Assembly (NCBI RefSeq): GCF_030684315.1
Contig: NC_081386.1
Coordinates: 12,905,914 to 12,969,913, forward strand
DNA: 64,000 nt
Origin: Stegostoma tigrinum
Lineage: Eukaryota
Reading direction: 5' to 3'
The notes beneath the pieces were generated by a model. That model saw only the letters and a program-made list of their open reading frames with translations. It did no database searches and was not told the origin of the DNA. Shown one piece after another: positions 51,471 to 64,000 of the stretch (position 1 is its first letter; each line of letters begins with the position of its first letter). The position numbers and the translations under genes are program-made.

Positions 51471-52183
51471 AGTATAAGTTACTTGTGTTACCAACATAGA
51501 TTGGGATCTTAGTGAATCAAAAGTTTGTAACTGCAAACTCGTCCAGCAGTGACAAATTGTTTGCATTCTAATTGCTTTATCGTAACCCCCTTGTATAAAA
51601 CACATAACACTAAATGAACTTACTCTTCAAATGCAGCAACTATTCTGTACATAAGCAATAATACTCCACAAATGGTTCTTGAGATCAATAACTAATTCAT
51701 CTGTTTTCAGCTAAGGGAGGCATGTTAGTCTGGACATAAGGAAATCTCCGGACTTTAATTCAACCAGATGATCCTACATGTAGCCATGTCTAAAATTTGG
51801 ATGTGTGAATGTAAATTGATTAAATATCTGTCCAGCTCCTCTGACCATCAAATTGAAGCACAAGCCTGAATTAACTGCTCAAATCCCTAGATGTGAAGTT
51901 TGAAATCCAAGTTGTGACTGTAACCTTAGAAATCACACTGACATTGTTCCTTCCTGCGCACATCGCCTAAGCAGATGACCGCAAAGAAAAATGACAGCAA
52001 AGAAAAATAATCAAATTTAACCCATCAAAAAAAAACTTGAATGAAAATTCTAACACTTGATTTCAAAGCTTTAACACTGTCTTTGTTTTATATGGAGAGT
52101 GTTCTGTGTGAGGTTGTCGTTCAAATGGCCAACCTTCTGGGGAGAAGAAAGAAAATTCTTCAAAAACACTCTGCTGCTTTCTT

Positions 52184-52373
52184 AGAGATACTGCTGATGC
52201 TGGAGTCAGAGTTAACACAGTGTGAATCTGAAGGAACACAGCGGGTCAGACAACATCAGAGGAGCAGGAAAGCTGATGTTTCAGGCCTGGGCCCTTCTTC
52301 AGAAATGTCAGCTTTCCTGCTCCTCTGATGCTGCCTGGCCTTCTGTGTTCCTTCGGCTCCACACTGTGTTATA
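52184..52373. mobile_element. Fold-back Penelope pseudo-LTR element
   Basis: Inverted arms and an exact 14-bp TSD tctgctgctttctt (52170-52183 and 52374-52387). Confidence 0.85.
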
Positions 52374-53189
52374 TCTGCTGCTTTCTTCAAGCACAATGAC
52401 CCTAATATTAATGACTGGAAGCAGCCTGCCCAATGAGTTGCATCAATCTTAAACACCTTAATGATGAGGGACAGCAGCGACAGAGAAGAAAGTACAAAAG
52501 GAAATCCTCCAACCCAGATTCCATGTCTTTGTGGGTCACCTGCATCCAATAGTCAAAGATCTGCAGCTCAAGAATCATCTGGTTTGACGCATGACAGAAA
52601 CTTAGCTCTGTGAGCAGACATCACTTTCAAATCAAGGTACTGCCAATGGTGTTAATGACCATTTTCCCATTCAGTTCCAATTCCAAACTTTTGTTTTTTT
52701 TTAACATCTTCTTAACCCAATTGAGTGGAATGCATTCCTGTTGTCTGTATATAACACACACTTTCTCATTCCCTTTAAAAGCATTGGCATCGGGATTGTT
52801 TACAGAGACTGTGGCAGACAACGAGATGCGTGAGAGTCTTTAAAATATCTTAGCAAGTCTCTGGGACTTACAAAGGTCAGAGTTGAGAGCCATTACTCAA
52901 AGAATTCTTTGTTAAGGTGAGACAAGATTTCATGGAATACCTCAGCACTCTTCAAGTATAATCCATTGTCACAGGTTTTGCTGCTTTTCATATTTTGTGT
53001 GATTTGTTTAGAAACCTCCAAGTTCAAAAAAGAGCAGTAAAACATCCAGGTACTTGAACCTGTCAAGAACCCTTCACAAGTGCTTTGGTATGTTCGAACT
53101 CTCTCATTCCTCTCAAGCTGTCACTCAAAAAGGATTGGCCCGCCAATCATTCTCAGCTGTTCTCAATTTGAAGTGCTATTATTTTTTTC

Positions 53190-53203
53190 GTTGCCATGGA
53201 AAC
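53190..53203. promoter_or_regulatory. Canonical RFX X-box
   Basis: GTTGCCATGGAAAC (reverse complement GTTTCCATGGCAAC), 54 nt into the intron after exon 53257-53312. Confidence 0.5.
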
Positions 53204-53256
53204 TAATCCTCGGTTTTCGCAATGCCAGCACAAGAAGTCATAAACCATGGTATTAC

Positions 53257-53312
53257 TCTGAACCACACGGGAAGTTTCAGGCAGTTGATTATTGCTTGAC
53301 AAAATTGGAAAC
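53257..53312 (-). CDS. 56-nt exon (FPILSSNNQLPETSRVVQ, or FQFCQAIINCLKLPVWFR in the other open frame)
   Basis: ctttgtgttctag|56 nt|gtaata. Confidence 0.5.
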
Positions 53313-53909
53313 CTAGAACACAAAGTCCGCCAAATCCAACTCGCGTGCATTGAAATGGCTGACAGAAAATATGCCCTATTTCATAATCCAATCCTCTGTA
53401 CACTTTAGTTTTATCACAGTGTAAGAGCCAGGGCAGGTAATCAAAAACAGAAAATTCTGGAAATACTTAGCAGGCCAGGCAGCACCTGGGAAACAGAACT
53501 AACACTGAAGGCCAATGACCTGATAATGTTGGCTATGTATGATTAAGGATGGAAGCTTCCAACTCCCAAACAACGTGGGCTATGGTACAAAATTTGGACA
53601 AATCACGGAAGAAGTCAGGTGAGGTTCTTCTCTTATTGAGGAAATTGTGTGCTCCAAGCAAGTCCTGGACAATGAAATCAGATTCGTGCTCATGAGTAGC
53701 GAGAGGCCTATTAGCATGGATTATTGCTCATTATCAGCCTCATTATCACCAGATCTCACTCCATTACTATGAAGGTTCTCATTCTACCATTAACCAGATA
53801 AAAACTAGACACCAAGAATTTGCAATGTGCAAATCTAAGCAACGATCGGGTGACTCCAGCTCACCACTTGTTATTCTGCAGCTCCATCTTAGAAACCCAG
53901 CATCAACAT

Positions 53910-54430
53910 AGTGTCATAGAGAGTTTTTACAGCACAGAAAGAGACCCTTTGGCCCATTATGCCCATGCTGGTCATCAAACACCCATCTATTCAAATCCCA
54001 TTTTCCAGCACTCGAGCCATAACCTTATATTTCAAGTGCTCCTTGAAATACTTCTTAAATGTCTTCAAGATTCCTACCTCCGACAATTTTTAGGCAGTGA
54101 GTTCCAGATGCCCACAACCCTCTGTATGGTATGACTTTTCTTTAGATCTCGTCTAAACCTCTTGCTCCTTACCTTAAAACTGTGCTCCGTGGTTAATGAC
54201 CCTTCTGCTAAGGGAAAATGCTTCTCCCTGTCTGCCCTACCTATGTTCCTCAGAGCATGGTACCCCTCAATAAGGTTCCCCCTCAGCCTTTTCTGCTCTA
54301 AGGAAAACACTCCCAGCCTATCTAATCTCTCTTCCTGGCTAAATCACTATTCCAAGCAACATCTTGGTGAATCTCTTTTGCAGTCACACTTATACAGTCA
54401 CTTCCTTCTGATAGTGTGTGGACCAGATCT
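53910..54430 (-). mobile_element. CR1 LINE 3' fragment
   Basis: ORF 54074..54310 has FSLEQKRLRGNLIE...QRVVGIWNSLP. Confidence 0.85.
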
Positions 54431-55158
54431 GTGCATAATCCTCCTGGGAATCAGGACTGCACACAATCCTCAGGGCATTTGCAATCTCAGAGCATGATCC
54501 ATGGGCAGCAATTGCGTGCATCCCATGTCCAGGGACATTGGCACACAACATGCACCAGGCTACATCTTAGATGCACTTCGACTACACTTCTGCACTTCAG
54601 TGTTACACCTTAGAGCATCAGAGTGCACTGGAACGTTTTATTGTAATACTGCTGCAAAAATACTGTGCATGCAGGGGCAAACTCAGCTCACGCATTGGAC
54701 CAGGCTGCATCTCAGGGCAACCTTACTTACTTTATTAGTGCACACTCACTTTGTGCCTAGATGCACTTTTGCACCTTTGGATACATAGGAATCCCTGCCT
54801 TGCCTTTCCCAGTGCCATTTACCTCATTTCTTGACTTTAAAGGCCTCCCAGGTTGCTTTACTGTTTGGTTCAGGCAAGTTGGTATGGTTGCCAGCAATGT
54901 TCAACCAAGGAGGTGTGAATATATTGCAGCATGAGACTACTGTGTCAAACTCACACCCTACAAAATGCCACTGCAGCCTATATAGTGAATGTGCTGCATA
55001 TGCATTAAGCAATGGCCCAGCCTTAAAATTGAAAGAGAGCAGTCCTCTCTCAATTCAACTGGAGATGATAGGGAGCTAGGAGGGAAACTACCATTAGTCA
55101 GAGTGTTCTGGTACTGTCAGTCAAGGATGGTGGCACAACTAGTTTTGTGGTAACTTAC

Positions 55159-55175
55159 ACTTGATTCCGAGTGAT
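55159..55175 (-). CDS. 17-nt micro-exon
   Basis: ctaaattcttcctttttag|ATCACTCGGAATCAAGT|gtaagt. Confidence 0.6.
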
Positions 55176-55901
55176 CTAAAAAGGAAGAATTTAGATTACT
55201 TTATGCTTTATGCATCTGTTTCAGCCAGATCTATTGGAGAACTAAATACACTGATTTGTCTATTGACTTAACCTCTTGGTACCTTTTAATGTTGCTCATA
55301 AGTTGAGTCATAACAGTGATGACTTTGGTGTATAATGGGGAGAATTGTACTTAGATTGCCCGTAAGATGGTGGTTCTCTACAATGCTGTATATTTAAATG
55401 TTTCCTCACACTTGCCTGCTTAGATTTCTTCCATTTGCTTTTGGGTCAATATCATTTCCTCCCATAGATACTTTGAATCAACCTGTTCTGAAATGATGCA
55501 AAGCACCTCTGGAGCAGGTAGAGCATTACCACCACATCACTAGAGCGTTTTGAAACTATTGTTACTCAACTTGTTTGCAGGGACAATGGCACAGGTTCAG
55601 AAAGATGGGGCTTGAACGTGGACCTTTTAGTCCAGAGCTAGAGACAATATGACTTCACCACAAAGTCTCCAAAGTAGAGTTTCACCATCTGCCATGGTGG
55701 GATTCAAACCCATGTCTCCAAACACTAGGGATCCTGGATTACTAATCTTGTGACTTAACCATTATATAAAAACCTCTCCTAATTTCATGCCATAAATTTT
55801 GAAAAATAAATGGCATGTGTTAATAAAGATAGATTTGTGATAATACTGATGCATTCACAAAATCACCGATGATCTTTTTAGATGATAACAAAGCTTCTAG
55901 A

Positions 55902-55995
55902 GCTCCTGAGATGCTGCTTGGCCTGCTGTGTTCATCCAGCCTCACATTTTATTATCTTGGAATTCTCCAGCATCTGCAGTTCCCATTATCTCTCT
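55902..55995 (+). mobile_element. Penelope pseudo-LTR terminal fragment
   Basis: Reverse complement of 39740-39832, with an 8-bp TSD cttctaga. Confidence 0.85.
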
Positions 55996-56901
55996 CTTCT
56001 AGAAATAATCTATCTGCTTTCTTTATCAATACAGCTGCATGTTAAAATTTCCATTTTATACTATGAGGTACATTTTCACTTTCAATCCCATTGACAGCAA
56101 AGGAGACAATGGTGTGCGGGGTCAACAGAGGTTTCACAATGAATTCACTTTTTCACCCAGCTAATAGCACTTACAAATGACTTCTGGGTCCTTATTCAAT
56201 TAGAAAAGATGGGTGTGAATTTCTGTAAACTTGTCACAACTCCAACATTTAAAGGAGAATCAGAGTTAAAAAATAATCGAAGTGCCAGAACAGAGCCACA
56301 AACTTGAGGGACGGACTATCAATGTGTGAAAACAGCAACATGCCCCTCAGCCTGGTTCCTGGGTACCACATTGCAGTTATTTAGATTTGCATGGAATGTT
56401 CTGTTCCCGACACACAGGAGGGAGAAGCCAGTCTTGGAGAGAAAGCGGACATGACTGAAAGTGGCCAAGGTAATGAAGAGCAAGAATATCATTTCTAACT
56501 TCTGGATACAGAAGCTTAATGACCTGATCAGAGCAAGAAAGTTGAATGAAACTCCCCATTCAAGCCACAGAAACACTCTGGGTTCTTAATAAGTGTCATA
56601 TTTGACCGAAATGTTAATTATCTTTCTCTCTCAAAGTTGCTGCCTGATGTACTGAGTTTCTCTTGCACTTTGTGCTTTTATTATTTAATAAACGCTCACC
56701 CTGCATTTTCCTCAAACGAACAAATCTTGTCTGTGTCTCCCTCTGTCTATACAGGGGTACTCCCCTCACAGCATCATCTTACCAGCCACCATTGACATCC
56801 TCATGTCACACCTATATCCCAAAGAGACTCTCCACAAATATTGCCCTTATATCCCCTTGCTCACATTCAGAGGTATCCTCTTTCCTCCTTGTAGAAGATG
56901 A

Positions 56902-57141
56902 TGTAGTGATTGGAATGAGGTTGACAAGATGGATCTCATTGCATATGAGTTCCCTGATTGGGGCTGTAAGCCTGGATTGATAAGGGAGTCCAAGCTGACA
57001 GATATAAACAGGAGCCTCAGGGATTCTCCTAACACTAAGAACTGGCTCTGAGCTAGCTAGTCAAAGTCCATATCGTGTGTGTGCATAAGTAAATAAAGGG
57101 TGACTTGGTGATGGGATACCAGCCTCAGTGGAATTATTTCA
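56902..57141 (+). mobile_element. LTR (same family as 32984-33188)
   Basis: tgtagtgattggaa...aattatttca termini with TATA-like gatataaa and aataaa. No clear TSD. Confidence 0.65.
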
Positions 57142-57594
57142 AGAGCACAAACCACAAGAAAATGATCAAGAAGCGGAGATTGTCCTACAATAATTTTCAT
57201 TTTGACAATGCATGGGAGACACTGGAGATAAGCCAAGCCGTGGCATAATTGACCATTAACAATTGAGGCATCAGGTTCTCCCACATTTGCACCTTGATGC
57301 AGAGTTGATGGACCATTCTTTGAAGTCAAGCACCATCCTCCAAGGAGATGGCAAATTAAACCTGTTCCTCAGCACAGGCTCAAATTAGAAGCTTGCAAAT
57401 GTTCCCCATATTGCTGTGAAGGATGGCAGATCAAAGGCAAAAAGCCCTGAGGTAGCAATAAAGTTCAACAAAGTATTGAAAACGCCTCCAAAGGAATTGT
57501 AGTTTATTCACAGACCAAGTCTTCTGAGTTAAAAAAAAACTTTTACTTGGGTAGGGTAACAGCTGATGTATGTTAGTATTTGAGTCTTCCTTAC

Positions 57595-57633
57595 CTGCCA
57601 ATTGCTGAACTTTGTCAACTCTCTTTGCTTTAT
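57595..57633 (-). CDS. Candidate 39-nt exon (IKQRELTKFSNWQ or DKAKRVDKVQQLA)
   Basis: Strong donor CAG|gtaagg, weak acceptor ctcattag. Confidence 0.3.
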
Positions 57634-59773
57634 CTAATGAGTTCCAGGGGGTTTGGGAAATTCATGCACTCAGATCGAATGACGGAATCCCGGATTAAAA
57701 TGGTTAATGAACATTTAACGATCATAAATCTCATTCCAGTCTGATCCATGCGAGTTTCCACATGCTAACAAGTGCATTTGAGTCAAACATGTCAGTCTGT
57801 GAGAAATGACTAAAAATCTGTCGCCTGGTCATATTCTTGAAATGTTAACTCTGTTTATCTCCAAACAAATACTGTGGAACATGCAGATTATTTTCAGCTT
57901 TTTTTTATTTCGGGTTTTCAATATTTTTGTTTTTTTGACAATACAAATGTTTGACTCATGTTCTATTTTCACAAATGTTAATTCCAGATCAATGGAAGTT
58001 AAATCCAATTTACGTGAAGTTTCCTTCCTAAGAGTTAATTTAACAATAGCACTGTGTTGTTTAAGGTCCTGTTGTTAACATACTTAGTCATTTATTTATT
58101 TACATTTGGACTAAGTTGACCCTGCACCTTAAGCTAGGAATAGACATTTCCAAAGGATAACAGTCAATAAAAGAGATTGATGTGCATGGAGGATCCAGGT
58201 AGATTTTCTTTCACATCAAAGATTGACAATCAATATACCATTAAATACCAATAATATGACCCTTCCTACACAAACATCAGCAAATTAGTATAAATACACC
58301 TTCACTGCAAACAATAATAAGCAGTAAGTTCTACTTTACTAACTCTGCAGGTTCTGTACTACATAGCCTTGACAATGATGCATCTGTTTATGGAGAGCTA
58401 TTTGGTTTAGGCACTTTTTCCACCAATAATGCAAACCAGATTTTCTTTCTGATTCTGAATATAGCCAGCTCCAAAAACTCAAAGCATCTAATGTTTTGTT
58501 TTGTATTGAATCAGGAAAATAAGAACACATTCTAACTTTTATGCCAAAGTGTATTTCCAAAGAAAAATGTCAAAATACAACAGCTGACTGTCGCTTTGAA
58601 CTGCAGCCTTCTACTCAAACAGTTCTCAATATTTATGGTTCTAATCAGATGGCAACTCTTGGACAGCTCACTAAGTAATGAAATTCAGTTATAAAGGTTT
58701 TGGATTGTAGCACAATCCAACATGCTGAACAAAGTCATTTTACAACTTGGGCATCTGATTTTAATTTCCTTATACATTGTAGAATGCCTGTGATGTAAGC
58801 TCCTTTGATAGTTCCTGAAGATAGAAACTGGGAGACACCAATAGTAATATTTACCTTCTCACGTTCTTAGAGGTTAGCTCATGTCTCCAAAGAAGATGAA
58901 ATGCCGAGCAGGCAGGCTGAATCTACCTGCAAACGTCTACACAACTATGATGTAAATTCTGTAAACCATTAAAAAAAAGGATCCATCAATTAGGATGATG
59001 TATCTCCATGACATTGTCTTTGCTTGCTGCTGGAAGCCTTCACATGGTGCCAAAGGGGAACTACATGCCACAGAGATCATTAGCTTTGTACGGGCAGCTT
59101 TCTTCAAGGTTAATGGTGACATCATCTTTGGGCTGATTGCAAAACTATTGTTTAATTTATAACTTCATTCAGATCAGGTATCTGTTCATTTGCGACTAAT
59201 TCTCAAACATTTACACTTTTGTCTCTTGTACAACTTTTAGTTAAAAACACAGAATATGTGTATCCTATGAATTAATCATAATGGATTTTTAGCATCAAAA
59301 GGAATAATTTATTCATCTGTACACACAGTTATAAACGACCATAAAATCCATCTTTTTGTTTCCCATTTTTCATTATTTCATAACATAAATGATTTAAACT
59401 GTATTTAGACTGTACAAACACAATTGTTTTAATTTTGCATAATTACACTGCTTGATTAACATACATGTACAATAATCACATTGCATTTGTGTTTGAATGT
59501 ATGGTTAAATATTGTTGATACTTTAATAAATTATATAGTTTTTTTTTCCAATGAAAAGAAACATTGTTAAACTGAATTCAGTGCAATTCATTTTGAAATT
59601 TTATATTGTATTCACTTTAAAAAGGAAAACCATAAAACAAAAGAACATTTTCTAAATTCAGAAATTAATTATTATGGGATGCATCATGATGTAAACTGAA
59701 TGAGAGTTAATGTGACTATCACATTGAAAACTAATGAATAGAAGGTAAACAAAATAAAGGCTCAATTGTTTAC

Positions 59774-59809
59774 CTTTGTAGAAACTTGATGTTACTCCAT
59801 TCTCTTGTA
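59774..59809 (-). CDS. 36-nt exon (QENGVTSSFYK or TREWSNIKFLQ)
   Basis: cccctcttttctctatag|36 nt|gtaaac. Confidence 0.6.
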
Positions 59810-60356
59810 CTATAGAGAAAAGAGGGGTTGGGGGATTAATTATATCAAGGGTAATAAAATACTCCCCTGACCAACTGGCTATCCCCAGTCTTCTACTCTC
59901 TCCATACCAATCTGATCTAAATATGCTTCAGCAACCAACAAAGCATTTCCAAAAACTGATTCGAACCAGCTACACCCTGATCAACCATCCGTGTCAAACA
60001 CCTCCTGACTACTCCCTCAGCCACCAGAGTACAGCTTCCAAGCTGAGCAATCTGACTACAAAGCCTCCAATCCAACACGATTCAACTACCCCCTCACCTA
60101 ACCCGACTTAATTGACCCTGAGCACTAGACAAATTGACATACTTCAACAATCCCCAAGACCAAATTGCTCTCCCATGCAACCTAATCCAGCCAGTCCACT
60201 ATCCCATTCAAAGAGTCCCAATTATCTCCCAAAGTGCTCTCTCAAAAATACTTGTTTGGTCTCCTGAAAGTTACTGCTTCCCAATCCACTGACCACCCAC
60301 CTCAACTACTTGATCACCACTCCCCCCAACTCTTTTAGCATATAACAGATCTGCTA

Positions 60357-60575
60357 GGAGATTGGTTAGCTCAGCTAGTTTGATGGCATGCAGACTGATG
60401 CCAACAGTGTAAATTCAGTTCCCCTACTGGCTGAGGGCACCATGAAGGATGTTCCTTTTCAACTGCTCCCTTCACTTGAGTCATGGTGGCCCTTAAGTTA
60501 AATCACCACTGGTTATCTATCTTTCTCTGATGAGAGAGCAGCACTATAGTCTGGTATGACTTTGGCGACTTAACT
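60357..60575 (+). mobile_element. tRNA-derived SINE
   Basis: ttagctcag head. Homologous to 17696-17835. Confidence 0.6.
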
Positions 60576-62359
60576 TGTATCACATGTATCCACATCACCA
60601 ATCCTATCTTCTACGCATCCAACCATCTAATCACTAAGCCAATTACCCCAGAAAACTTTTGCCATTCTATCCTCCTCACCTACACATTCACTTAGTTGTT
60701 TAGCAATCCAGATGTCCATATAGCTTCTCAACTCCCTGACCTAACTCCTCACTGATTCATCCACTGAGACTCATTCACTAATACTCAGTCTGGATACTTT
60801 AACTGACTTTATGGCAATTAGTGAAGCAAAATCAGGGAGTGCCCTGCCTTCCCCCCATCCCAAGGGATTTTACACTCCACATCTCTGGAAAATCTGCCAT
60901 AGAAGGAAATGCAGAGCAACATCAGGCTGCAGGAACTTTTAAGGAAAGTAGCAATCTGACAATAATTTCACTGGTTGAACAGTCTGCCCATTAATGTTTT
61001 CCTCATGGATATCAATCACACAAAGTTTAACCATGTCTCTGAACACAACGCACATCTCTGCTTATTATATAAGCATTGATCTGAAAGATAGATCATTCAA
61101 GTCTGTTGTAGATACTTTCTAAGCAACCTGTTCAGAGGTGTTATTACACACCACTGAAGCAGGTGGGATTTTAACCCAGACCTTCTAGCTCAGAGGTATG
61201 GACATTACCACTGTATCGCAAAAACCCCTTGAAGGTTGGTTCAGCTCTTTAGTTGCCAAAGATAAGGAGTTGTATTCATTTCAGATTCAATATGCACTGG
61301 TGTTCATTAAATATGTTCTATTCCATATGAACAAAGCAGCTTTCAATGATTGCAGACCAAGTATTAACTGAGAATATTTTCATTGGTCATGCCAACCTGC
61401 ATTTTCATATGTTATTTGTCAGTGCATTTTTTTTTCATTTTTCAGGGTATTCTCGAAGAACATACATGAAATTTGCTGCTGAAAATATCCCAAACAACTG
61501 AAGGACCGAACCTGCAATTGGATGTTTCAATTAACCAGACTCTCTCACATCGAGGTTAAATAGGTTATGACTACATTCCCAATAACAGCTAGGTGTTATT
61601 GATGGGGAAGCCTAACACGCCAATGCAGCAAAAGGCAAGACTGAAGTTTTTGAAACTACCTTTAGTCATATATTTTGGCTGGATTATCCATCTCAGCCCC
61701 CTTCTGAGGTCCCCCCAAATTGCAGATGCCATTCTTCAGCTAATTCAAAGTGTTCTGTGTAATATCAAAAAGTGGCTGAAGGCTCTAAAGATAGAAAGGC
61801 TCTGGGCTCCAACAACAACTTGGCAGTACTGATGCTTTGGGTTCCAAAATTGGCAGTATTCCTATTCAAACTATCCCAGTACAACTAGAACATTGGAACC
61901 TGCTGGATAATGTAGAAAATAATGTGGAGATACGTCCTGATCACAAAAAGCAGCACAATCCAATGTGGAGATATCAAGCACTGATCGACTGCAATAGTTT
62001 AAGAAGGTTGCTCATTGCTACCGTTTTCACAGCAATTAAAGATGGGCAACAAATGCTAGTCTTATAAATGTTGCTCATTGTCTGCAAAAACATCAGAAAA
62101 ACTTTGATGAGAAAAAAATGCAGAATTTTAATTAATTAATTATTTAAAGTCCAACCTCTGGAGCAACAGATGACTTATATCCAAATATTAATGTTTCTCC
62201 CCACTTTATGGATTTTGTAGAATGTAAGTGAGGAAGTGGCATTATGGTAATACTGCTATACAAGTAATCCGGAACGCCAAACTAATGTTCCGGGCACATA
62301 AGTTCACACCTAGAATACTGTAAACTATTTCAGTTTGATCATTTAAGATAAGATAAGTT

Positions 62360-62805
62360 GTCACTCGAGGCTGACCAGAGAAGGTTCACTAGGTTGATCC
62401 TGGATAGAAAGGGATTGTCTTAAGAGGGGAAGTTGAGTAGGTTGAGCCTGCCTTCATTGGAGCTTAGAAAGATAAGAAAAGATCTTTTGAAACAAACAAG
62501 ATTCTGGACAGATTCACATGGAGGATGCCGAGAGATTGTTTCCCCTTATGGGTGCCACAATCTCAGAACCAGTTAGGACAGAAATGAGGAGGAAACTTAG
62601 GAATTCTTTACCATGGAGGCTGGGTCATAAAGAATATTCAAGGCTGTGATAGACATATTCTTAATCAGTAAGAGCATCAAGGTCTTTTGGGGAAATGTCA
62701 AGTAAATGAATTGAGAATTATCAGATCAGTCATGAATCTCATTGAATGGCAGAGCAGATTCAGGGGGCTGATTGGGCTACTTCTGATCGCATATCTTTTG
62801 GTCTT
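62360..62805 (+). mobile_element. CR1 3' fragment nested in a SINE-like element
   Basis: cagagaaggttcactaggttgatcc...ctcattgaatggcagagcag tail. Confidence 0.7.
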
Positions 62806-62948
62806 CTGGATTTGAATCCCATCATGGAAGTTGGCAAAAATTTAATTCAATAAGATCTGGAAGTAAACGCTAATGGTGACAATGTAAAAATTGTCATAAA
62901 AACCTGTCCATTTCACTAAAGACATTCAGAGAAGGAAGTCTGCAGTCC

Positions 62949-63047
62949 ATTTTCTGAAGAAGGGTCTAGGCCTGAAATGTCAGCCTTCCTGCTCCTCTGA
63001 TGCTGCTTGGCCTGCTGTGTTCATCCAGATCTATACCTTGTTATCTC
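62949..63047 (+). mobile_element. Penelope pseudo-LTR fragment with hammerhead-like core
   Basis: CTGAAGAagggtctaggcctGAAATGTC, with an exact 12-bp TSD agtctgcagtcc. Confidence 0.85.
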
Positions 63048-63139
63048 AGTCTGCAGTCCTTACCTGGCTTGGCCTATGCATGATTTTTATGGCTGCTTTG
63101 AAGTAATTTACATACCTACTTAGTTGTATCAAACTGCTA

Positions 63140-64000
63140 AAAAACCTAAGAAAGGAATAAACCCCAGCTTCGACCAAGACATTAGAAATGACAAATGTGA
63201 GACCAGCATGTTGACCCTGAAAAAGGCCCCTGATTCACATCTTGAGGCTTGTGCCAAAATTGGCAGAGCACAAGTCTAAAATAATCACACTCATAGAATC
63301 ATACATCCAATGATGCAAACACCACCAACATCACCTCTGTTAACGCCCAGTTTCACTGGCAGGACAGACATGGCAAGGGTGCTGGTATACCATCAGGAAG
63401 AGTTTGCTCTCTGAGTCTTCACCATTAACTTCAGAACTCATGAAGATTTGCAGCATCAAGTCAAACATGGACAAGGAAACCCCTTGCTAATTATTACCTG
63501 CAGCCCCACTTCATCTGATGAATAAGTATTCTTCCATGTTGAAAACTACTTAGAGGATGTACTGACAGTTTCAACAGTACTGAATGTGTTCAGTACTCAG
63601 TAGGGAACTTCACAGCATCCAGCACAAACAGCAGCCTTGTAGCTGCATTGCTGACTGAGCTAGCCGAGTCCTAACAGACATTGCTGCCAGCTGGACATGC
63701 AGCAGAGTGTGGGAACCAACAGGAGGAAGAATCTTGCTTTACCTCTTCCTTAGCAACCCACCTATCACAGATATGTCTGCCCATGACAGTATTTGTTGGA
63801 GTGACCACAAAACAGTCCTTGTGGACAGTGTTCTGTTTTCACATTGACAATACTATCTACCACATTGTGTGGAAGTAAATGGGACAGTCTTCAAACCAAA
63901 TTTGTATTTCAAAAGAAGCCATCTGTGTGGCTTGTCAGGCAATCAGTAGCAGAACTTTGTCCAACCCCAAACCAGAAATTGCCTAAGAAACTCAACTGAT
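63140..64000 (+). mobile_element. Degenerate LINE AP-endonuclease region
   Basis: Frame-broken remnants resembling WQDR..KG.G, VKHGQGN.LLI and VGNF motifs. Confidence 0.45.

Noticed and set aside
58855-58926. Minus-strand segment with good splice sites
   Set aside because: Closed in all frames. At most a non-coding or poison exon.
60526-60560. CTGATGA motif in the SINE
   Set aside because: No downstream GAAA or stem II, so not a hammerhead.

Overview
This is AT-rich, repeat-dense vertebrate DNA. The repeat repertoire (HE1-type V-SINE, many CR1 3' ends, Rex1/Babar, RTE, Penelope-like elements with hammerhead-type termini) points to a shark, possibly a carpet shark (inference). Most ORFs in the track are retroelement fragments or noise. 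Reading splice signals by hand on the minus strand gives a chain of about 20-25 short GT-AG exons from ~59.8 kb to ~11.8 kb, many only 12-45 nt. They splice in compatible phases into one open reading frame, and I cannot assign the protein to a named gene. The locus also carries a triplicated 3' exon, a duplicated internal exon, two X-box-like motifs, and many TSD-flanked fold-back Penelope remnants, several with minimal hammerhead cores. The exon models are manual predictions and some may be wrong.
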